Below are positions 55,085 to 64,000 of a DNA stretch of 64,000 bases, piece after piece. Made by a program: the position numbers and the translations under genes. Every line of letters begins with the position of its first letter. Positions within the stretch are counted from its first letter, which is position 1. The notes under the pieces were generated by a model, which worked only from the letters and a program-made list of their open reading frames with translations, ran no database searches and was not told where the DNA came from. Origin of the DNA: Octopus sinensis (lineage: Eukaryota); contig NC_042997.1 of the NCBI RefSeq assembly GCF_006345805.1, forward strand, positions 96,720,001-96,784,000, read 5' to 3'.

Positions 55085-57283
55085 ACCCCCAAAATTAGGA
55101 GATACCTTATACAAGAGGCTTAATCAGATACGGTATATTCTTTTATTTTTTATTACATATTAATATTTAATGAAATATAGGGTTGTACGCTTTTTAAAAA
55201 GAGAGAAAAATATAGTGAAGAGAAAATAATTGGCGTCAAAAAATATTTTAGGTTACATATTAAAAGGAACATATTCCTACGCCTGTTTCAATCCTCCGAA
55301 TAAAAAATGAATCTTAAAACTCATTTTCAGAGAACGCCTCCTTCATCGGGGAAAAAGTGATGTTTACTTTAGAATCGCATTCAGTTCATTGCTACCGTAT
55401 GAGGTAACTGGAAGCTTTTATGGAAGAAAGGATATATCAATGCAAGCGGTGGAAGTATATATGAGGGCTGATGGGAGGAAAATTACTTTACTTAATGTCT
55501 TATTGAAAATTATATTTATAATTGCAATCTCGTGTTATAGGCAATATGGTGTTACGTTGTGCGGCGAAACTTAGTAAGGCCATCGTTGAGTACATTCTGA
55601 TTTAAAAAGTTTCATGAAAGTTGAATAATATCTGTTGTTACACAAATGAATAACACCAGAAAACTTGTTTAATACTGTACAATTATACAGACGGTAGATA
55701 GTATATCATTCTTTTATGCACATTCTACAATAGCCAATAATCGTGTTGTAAAGGGGCTGGGCTCATCTATAAGAGATCAAGATAATGAATAATTAATATT
55801 CTGTAATTTTAAATCATGTATGTATCTAGCTAGTACCGTTGAGTTTTTAGATTTTAACTTACTGAAGGAAGTTAAATGGGTTCTATATCGTCTCTGAAAA
55901 TCTATAGCGATCGTTATGTTTACTCTTAACTGATGTTTATCATTTCTCACAATGCATTTATAAATTACATTTTTTCCGTAAAGAGTATCCAGCGAGCGGA
56001 CATAATTCAAGGACCCTACAGTTACAACTTTTTGCATTCCTATCTTTAATTTTACTCATATGTATTAAGGTCGTATCGGGTTGGGAATGATTGCGTTTTG
56101 AGTTAGGAAGACTTGCTTTTTATTTGTTTTATTGATTTTATTTGGACTTATATGGTGCAACTTATGGTGATTTAAATTTATAGTCATTTGAAGTTGGAGT
56201 TTATTTCTATTTATGGATGCAAATATAGATCTCAGATTCGACGTGGTGGAACAAGATAGCTTTACAGAGTGTTTTTTTAAATATGGGGTAATAATTGTGG
56301 TGCTTCGGAAAAATTTAATTTCAGGATCTTACAGAACAGTTTTGGTAAATTCTTGACTCTGAGAGAAAATGGGGTTGTAGGAGGGGGGGAACAAACCTAA
56401 TAATTTCTCTTTTTCTAGATTCAGAGTGGGTTACTACATTAGGGTGTTCAGACATAGAGGGACTACATTTAATACGGTTCCTAAAATTAAGGCTATAGAG
56501 TTTGGTATGGTTAAAAGGTTTTCTTATACTTTCATAATCTAAGGAAGAAATCGTATTAGTAATTTCAAGATTAGTGTCAGATGAGGGATTAGCTAATTTG
56601 ATTTTGAGTTTGGTATCAGGGATGTAGAAAATAGGATCATAAAAGCCACTCGATTTTAGGGCTTGATTATAAAATGGGACATGTGCATTAAAGATCTCTT
56701 CGTTTACTGATTGGTTGGAAATCATAATAGAGACAGCCGTAATAATACTATCGACGGTTAATTTTGGATGATTAGGGGAAATGTTTATATATTGTAATGC
56801 TTGGTTTCACATTGATATAAATTGTCTATCGTTTAAAATATCTGTGTCTTTAAATATTAGTTAACGTGGATGCATTGTAAGAGCGCTGTGATACTGAAAT
56901 ATTAATCATGAGAAAGTCTCTCATTTAGCGCATGAAGCACAGAGATTTTGGTTGCAGATGAGTACTGTCCGGCAACAGTAGTGAAACTATTATATCACTT
57001 AATTTCGGCGTGGTGGGTTTTAGGAGGCATTCTCTGTAAATGAATTTTACGATTCATTTTTTATTCGGAGGATTGAACCCCTGAAACGGCCGTAGCAATA
57101 TTTTCTTTTAATATGTAACCTAAAATATTTTTTGACGCCAATTATTTTCTCTTCACTATATTCTTCTCTCTTTTTAAAAAGCGTACAACCCTATACTTCA
57201 TTATATATTACTATGTAATAAAAAATAAAAGAATATACCGTATTTGAGCCTCTTGTATAAGGGAACTCCTAATTTTGGGGGTT
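55085..57283 (-). mobile_element. degraded Penelope-like element with inverted terminal repeats
   Basis: RT-thumb-like NEEIFN..PFYNQALKSSGF..RKREII (56321-56725); GIY-YIG-like NVIYKC..RYRTHLTSF..STVLARYIHDLK..NINYSL (55777-56037), then CRMC; 55085-55341 matches the reverse complement of 57023-57283. Confidence 0.78.
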
Positions 57284-58146
57284 TAAAATTTGATAAAAAA
57301 ATGTTCTGTATAAGTAACTACTGAAATATATCATGCAGTTGCTCTTCCAGTATGAAGAACATTATAACTCGTAAAAATCAGCAAGTACCCCCTCCCAGAT
57401 ATAACTGTCGAGACCCTGACGTTTTCCCACTTGACCAGGGTTGTATGATAAACTCCGTCGTACACGGGGCCGAAGTAACAGCAATGCTTCAATTGAAAAA
57501 AGATTTACATAGGACTGTTTGAAGGCAATTTCAAAACACCTGTCTTCTTTCCAGTACATCCTCAAAAGTAATGCAAGTTGTCTAGCCATGTATAGAATTT
57601 GAAAACCAATTCCACACCACATACAATCAAGTGGAGAATTCCAAGCTATATGTTAATTGATCTATGAAACGCAAATAATGCATGGCAGATAGACATCATA
57701 TTCTTCTTCAATCCAAGAATTCCAACGAACTGCTTCATTCTAGATCTGAATTTTTAAGCAGGTGCAAGTACATGGACAGATTTCTTTTGTCGAATTGAAA
57801 GACATCAAGCACTCTGGATTAAGTTGCTGTCTCGCAGACTTTGATTTATCTATTGTTATTTTCCTCTATACCAGCTGCATTTATTGTAGTTTCTGCAATC
57901 AGCGAGAACAGGGATCTTAGTTTCATGGCTTTCGTTTCTACTTTTTTGTTCTCTTCTTCGTATCAATCTTCGCGATTGTCTCGTGTTTTTTTTCTTTATT
58001 CTTATTCTCTCATTGAAGAGAGTCGTTGATTTCAAAATATATATAACGCAGAAGCAAATCCTGAAAGATAGCTTGAAGATATTTTAAAACATATGTCTAA
58101 GTATCATAAAAGCCAGCGACTATTGGTAGCTCTTTAAGTTGTATAT

Positions 58147-58209
<63 letters not shown>

Positions 58210-58229
58210 AATTTATATATATATATATA

Positions 58230-59770
58230 CTAGCAGTATCGCCCGGCATTGCTCGGGTTTGTAAGGGAAATAACTATATAAGCATTTTTAGAGAGTTACT
58301 TCCCTTATAGATGCCAATTCGGGCTTTCTTAGCCATTTCTGTTTTGGTGTCTTCAAGCCATGAAGTCGTTGTTCTAAAAGAACGCTGGTCTCCTTGACAA
58401 CGCTTTACGACGTTGATTTCCTTACACTCCCTTCCCCACAGCTTCACGAGGGAGGGAAGAAGGGGAAGAAGCAAACAGGTGCAGGTGTTTGAGCGTGGAC
58501 GCCAACTCCGCCGCCATCGACACACGAAAAATTATGCATTAAAATAGAATAAAAAATGATGTTAAATTATTTTTAAAATCGTAGACTCATCGTAGACGCG
58601 CGCTAATACTCAGACGGGCTCGATATGAATCACGACTATAAGATACCCGAAATTGGTTAAACTGCATCGCGAAATGTGGGAGTAGTTAGGAATCTAAATC
58701 GAAGGGGACAGACACTCACACAACTACAGTTTTATATATATAGACTAGCAGTATCGCCCGGCGTTGCTCGGGTTTGTAAGGGAAATAACTATATAAGCAT
58801 TTTTAGTGAGTTACTACCTTTATAGATGCCAATTCGGCTTTCTTAGCCATTTCTGTTTTGGTGTCTTCAAGCCATGAAGTCGTTGTTCTAAAAGAACGCT
58901 GGTCTCTTGACAACGCTTTACGACGTTGATTTCCTTACACTCCTTCCCCACAGCTTCACGAGGGAGGGAAGAAGGGGAGAAGCAAACAGGTGCAGGTGTT
59001 TGAGCGTGGACGCCAACTCCGCCGCCATCGACACACGAAAAATTATGCATTAAAATAGAATAAAAAATGATGTTAAATTATTTTTAAAATCGTAGACTCA
59101 TCGTAGACGCGCGCTAATACTCAGACGGGCTCGATATGAATCACGACTATAAGATACCCGAAATTGGTTAAACTGCATCGCGAAATGTGGGAGTAGTTAG
59201 GAATCTAAATCGAAGGGGACAGACACTCACACAACTACAGTTTTATATATATAGACTAGCAGTATCGCCCGGCGTTGCTCGGGTTTGTAAGGGAAATAAC
59301 TATATAAGCATTTTTAGTGAGTTACTACCTTTATAGATGCCAATTCGGGCTTTCTTAGCCATTTCTGTTTTGGTGTCTTCAAGCCATGAAGTCGTTGTTC
59401 TAAAAGAACGCTGGTCTACTTGACAACGCAATTACGACGTTGATTTCCTTAAACTCCTTCCCCACAGCTTCACGAGGGAGGGAAGAAGGGGAGAAGCAAC
59501 AAAGGTGCAGGTGTTTGAGCGTGGACGCCAACTCCGCCGCCATCGACACACGAAAAATTATGCATTAAAATGGAATAAAAAATGATGTTAAATTATTTTT
59601 AAAATCGTAGACTCATCGTAGACGCGCGCTAATAGCCAGACGGGCTCGATATTAATCATGACTATAAGATACCCGAATTTGGTTAAACTGCACCGCAAAA
59701 TGTGGGAGGAGTTAGGAATCTAAATCGTAGGAGACAGACACTGACACAACTACAGTTTTTTATATATATA
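58230..59770 (-). mobile_element. three head-to-tail non-autonomous Helitron units (58230-58744, 58745-59255, 59256-~59770)
   Basis: each unit runs 5' TCTATATATATAAAACTG ... cccgagcaacgccggg hairpin ... CTAG 3' on the minus strand. Confidence 0.9.
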
Positions 59771-59904
59771 TATATATATATCACAATCAAGGAACGGCCA
59801 TAATAGGCCATTCACCCACTAGAAATAACAGCCAAAAAGCTTCAACCGCAAAATAACATTAATTCTGTAAACCAGGAGAAAATTAAAAAAACATTTACCC
59901 TGAA

Positions 59905-60011
59905 ATTCCTTATACGATGCACCGTTTCGTCTACTGTTTAATGGTAAGCTAACCTGATTAAATAAAATCAAGCCAATCTACCATAGGCCCTTAGATTCAT
60001 CAGTAAGGAAT
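59905..60011 (-). ncRNA. type I hammerhead ribozyme, monomer 1
   Basis: attcctta-CTGATGA-stem II-GAAAC-ggtgcatc-GTA-taaggaat; 8-bp stem I. Confidence 0.8.
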
Positions 60012-60394
60012 AGCCAAATCGGAACAGATATTTTTCACGAGGCATTCACGTCCATGCCTCGCCAATATCTGACCTAAAATTTTCAAATCGTCGCACTCGC
60101 GCCAAATTTATCGGCAGCAAATAAATATAAGCCGCCGATTCCATTACGGAACTAACCAGAAAATTCATAATTAATCAATATAGGGAGGCAAAAAAATTTT
60201 GTAGAATTCTTTTGCCCCCAGCGGCCTAGTGGGAAAAAATTAAATAGTCATAAACCATTTTTAAGTTCAATATCACATCAAGGAACGGCCATAATAGGCC
60301 ATTCACCCACTAGAAATAACAGCCAAAAAGCTTCAACCGCAAAATAACATAATTCTGTAAACCAGGAGAAAATTAAAAAAACATTTACCCTGAA

Positions 60395-60501
60395 ATTCCT
60401 TATACGATGCACCGTTTCGTCTACTGTTTAATGGTAAGCTAACCTGATTAAATTAAATCAAGCCAATCTACCATAGGCCCTTAGATTCATCAGTAAGGAA
60501 T
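60395..60501 (-). ncRNA. type I hammerhead ribozyme, monomer 2
   Basis: same fold, intact core. Confidence 0.8.
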
Positions 60502-60885
60502 AGCCAAATCGGAACAGATATTTTTCACGAGGCATTCACGTCCATGCCTCGCCAATATCTGACCTAAAATTTTCAAATCGTCGCACTCGCGCCAATTTAT
60601 CGGCAGCAAATAAATATAAGCCGCCGATTCCATTACGGAACTAACCAGAAAATTCATAATTAATCAATATAGGGAGGCAAAAAAATTTTGTAGAATTCTT
60701 TTGCCCCCAGCGGCCTAGTGGGAAAAAATTAAATAGTCATAAACCATTTTTAAGTTCAATATCACAATCAAGGAACGGCCATAATAGGCCATTCACCCAC
60801 TAGAAATAACAGCCAAAAAGCTTCAACCGCAAAATAACATTAATTCTGTAAACCAGGAGAAAATTAAAAAAACATTTACCCTGAA

Positions 60886-60992
60886 ATTCCTTATACGATG
60901 CACCGTTTCGTCTACTGTTTAATGGTAAGCTAACCTGATTAAATTAAATCAAGCCAATCTACCATAGGCCCTTAGATTCATCAGTAAGGAAT
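60886..60992 (-). ncRNA. type I hammerhead ribozyme, monomer 3
   Basis: same fold, intact core. Confidence 0.8.
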
Positions 60993-61374
60993 AGCCAAAT
61001 CGGAACAGATATTTTTCACGAGGCATTCACGTCCATGCCTCGCCAATATCTGACCTAAAATTTTCAAATCGTCGCACTCGCGCCAAATTTATCGGCAGCA
61101 AATAAATATAAGCCGCCGATTCCATTACGGAACTAACCAGAAAATTCATAATTAATCAATATAGGGAGGCAAAAAAATTTTGTAGAATTCTTTTGCCCCC
61201 AGCGGCCTAGTGGGAAAAAATTAAATAGTCATAAACCATTTTTAAGTTCAATATCACAATCAAGGAACGGCCATAATAGGCCATTCACCCACTAGAAAAC
61301 AGCCAAAAAGCTTCAACGCAAAATAACATTAATTCTGTAAACCAGGAGAAAATTAAAAAACCATTTACCCTGAA

Positions 61375-61481
61375 ATTCCTTATACGATGCACCGTTTCGT
61401 CTACTGTTTAATGGTAAGCTAACCTGATTAAATTAAATCAAGCCAATCTACCATAGGCCCTTAGATTCATCAGTAAGGAAT
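61375..61481 (-). ncRNA. type I hammerhead ribozyme, monomer 4
   Basis: same fold, intact core. Monomer 5 (~61871-61975) reads CTGTTGA with stem I lesions; monomer 6 (~62346-62448) has an intact core with a stem I deletion. Confidence 0.8.
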
Positions 61482-62839
61482 AGCCAAATCGGAACAGATA
61501 TTTTTCACGAGGCATTCACGTCCATGCCTCGCCAATATCTGACCTAAAATTTTCAAATCGTCGCACTCGCGCCAAATTTATCGGCAGCAAATAAATATAA
61601 GCCGCCGATTCCATTACGGAACTAACCAGAAAATTCATAATTAATCAATATAGGGAGGCAAAAAAATTTTGTAGAATTCTTTTGCCCCCAGCGGCCTATT
61701 GGGAAAAAATTAAATAGTCATAAACCATTTTTAAGTTAAGTTCAATATCACAATCAAGGAACGGCCCTAATAGGCCTTCACCCACTAGAAATAACAGCCA
61801 AAAAGCTTCAATCAACCGCCAAATAACATTAATTCTGTAAACCAGGAGAAAATTAAAAAACATTTACCCTGAATTCCTTTACGATGCACCGTTTCGTCTA
61901 CTGTTTAATGGTAAGCTACCTGATTAATTAAATCAAGCCAATCTACCATAGGCCTTAGATTCAACAGTAATGAATAGCCAAATCGGAACAGATTTTTACG
62001 AGGCTTCACGTCCATGCCTCGCAATATCTGACCTAAAATTTTCAAATCGTCGCACTCGCGCCAAATTTATCGGCAGCAAATAAATATAGCCGCCGATTCC
62101 ATTACGGAACTAACCAGAAAATTCATAATTAATCATATAGGAGGCAAAAAAATTTTGTAGAATTCTTTTGCCCCCAGCGGCCTAGTGGAAAAAATAAATA
62201 GTCCATAAACCATTTTTAAGTTCAATATCACAATCAAGGAACGGCCATATAGGCCATTCACCCACTAGATAAAGCCAAAAGCTTCACCGGCAAATAACAT
62301 TAATTCTGTAAACCAGGAGAAAATTAAAAAAATACATTACCCTAAATTCTTATACGATGCACCGTTTCGTCTACTGTTTATGGTAAGCTAACCTGATTAA
62401 TTAAATCAAGCAATCTACCATAGGCCCTTAGATTCATCAGTAAGGAATAGCCAAATCGAACAGATATTTTTCACGAGGCATTCACGTCCTTTTCGCCAAT
62501 ATCTGACCTAAAATTTCATCATCGCAATCGTGCCAAATTTTCAAATTTATCGGCAGCAAATCAATATAAAGCCGCCGATTCCATTACGGAACTAACCAGA
62601 AAATTCATAATTATATGAATTATAGGCCGCTGGGGGCAAAAGAATTCTACAAAATTTTTTTGCCTCCCTATATTGATTAATTATGAATTTTCTGGTTAGT
62701 TCCGTAATGGAATCGGCGGCTTATATTTATTTGCTGCCGATAAATTTGGCGCGAGTGCGACGATTTGAAAATTTTAGGTCAGATATTGGCGAGGCATGGA
62801 CGTGAATGCCTCGTGAAAAATATCTGTTCCGATTTGGCT

Positions 62840-62947
62840 ATTCCTTACTGATGAATCTAAGGGCCTATGTTAGATTGGCTTGATTTAATAATTAATCAGG
62901 TTAGCTTACCATTAACAGTAGACGAAACGGTGCATCGTATAAGGAAT
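62840..62947 (+). ncRNA. type I hammerhead ribozyme, inverted arm copy 1
   Basis: attcctta CTGATGA ... GAAAC ggtgcatc GTA taaggaat read directly on the plus strand. Confidence 0.8.
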
Positions 62948-63330
62948 TTCAGGGTAAATGTTTTTTTAATTTTCTCCTGGTTTACAGAATTAATGTTATT
63001 TTGCGTTGAAGCTTTTTGGCTGTTATTTCTAGTGGGTGAATGGCCTATTATGGCCGTTCCTTGATTGTGATATTGAACTTAAAAATGGTTTATGACTATT
63101 AATTTTTTCCCACTAGGCCGCTGGGGGCAAAAGAATTCTACAAAATTTTTTTGCCTCCCTATATTGATTAATTATGAATTTTCTGGTTAGTTCCGTAATG
63201 GAATCGGCGGCTTATATTTATTTGCTGCCGATAAATTTGGCGCGAGTGCGACGATTTGAAAATTTTAGGTCAGATATTGGCGAGGCATGGACGTGAATGC
63301 CTCGTGAAAAATATCTGTTCCGATTTGGCT

Positions 63331-63437
63331 ATTCCTTACTGATGAATCTAAGGGCCTATGGTAGATTGGCTTGATTTAATTTAATCAGGTTAGCTTACCA
63401 TTAAACAGTAGACGAAACGGTGCATCGTATAAGGAAT
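63331..63437 (+). ncRNA. type I hammerhead ribozyme, inverted arm copy 2
   Basis: same fold, intact core. Confidence 0.8.
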
Positions 63438-63660
63438 TTCAGGGTAAATGTTTTTTTAATTTTCTCCTGGTTTACAGAATTAATGTTATTTTGCGTTGAA
63501 GCTTTTTGGCTGTTATTATTCTAGTGGGTGAATGGCCTATTATGGCCGTTCCTTGATTGTGATATTGAACTTAAAAATGGTTTATGACTATTTAATTTTT
63601 TCCCACTAGGCCGCTGGGGGCAAAAGAATTCTACAAAATTTTTTTGCCTCCCTATATTGA

Positions 63661-63703
<43 letters not shown>

Positions 63704-64000
63704 CATTTCTCTCTCCTCTATATATATATATATATATATATATAAATTTTTGTCTTTCAGTGTTTAAGCAGCACTAGTGGTAGAGAAAGGAAGTAGCGGC
63801 AGAGAAGAAGAAGAAGAAGAAGAAAAAGAAGAAGAAGAAGGAGGAGGGAGAGGAGGAGGAGGAGAATGTGAGAGTGGTATGACAGTAGCAGGATGTTGAT
63901 GGAATCCTCTTAATTGGTCAAGTGACCTAAAAGTGACTCGTTGTAGATGATAGTAGTGATTTAAATCGTTCTATATAAATTCTTGAGGTGACTGTTTTGA

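Larger units (their letters stand above)
59781..63667. repeat. tandem array of ~490-bp hammerhead-containing monomers with internal inversion
   Basis: units start at 59781, 60273, 60762, 61254, 61748, 62228 (partial); orientation flips at ~62612-62622; ~2.1 opposite units to 63667; (TA)n at both ends. Confidence 0.95.

Noticed and set aside
55085-55341. Hammerheads in the inverted pLTRs of the degraded Penelope element
   Set aside because: Only partial cores (ctgatta; gaaacggccgta) and no complete fold in either copy.
57362-57622. 86-aa minus ORF
   Set aside because: No recognisable domain; RT-like words are in the wrong order.
59781-63667. CRISPR-like or rDNA/tRNA array
   Set aside because: No spacers; monomers are wholly repeated; no rRNA or tRNA features.

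Overview
Repeat-dominated, AT-rich eukaryotic (metazoan) DNA. I recognise no host protein-coding gene. The microsatellite density and the SINE/MITE families resemble octopod cephalopod genomes; this is from recall and is not verified. Most listed ORFs are microsatellite artefacts. The real coding remnants all belong to transposons: R4/Dong-clade LINEs (RT plus restriction-like endonuclease) in (TAA)n, RTE LINE ends, an L1/Tx1-type LINE in (GATA)n, Penelope-like elements (GIY-YIG) in (TA)n, Helitrons (Pif1 helicase), Tc1/mariner and Gypsy fragments. The main signal is at 59781-63667: a non-coding array of ~490-bp monomers bounded by (TA)n. Each monomer carries a type I hammerhead ribozyme fold, and the array has an asymmetric internal inversion that fits twin-primed retrotransposition (retrozyme-like, Penelope pLTR-derived). 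Next to it is a head-to-tail Helitron trimer with exact CTAG|TC junctions. Further minimal hammerheads, fold-back structures and template-switch junctions occur across the window. All folds and alignments were done by eye and need computational confirmation.
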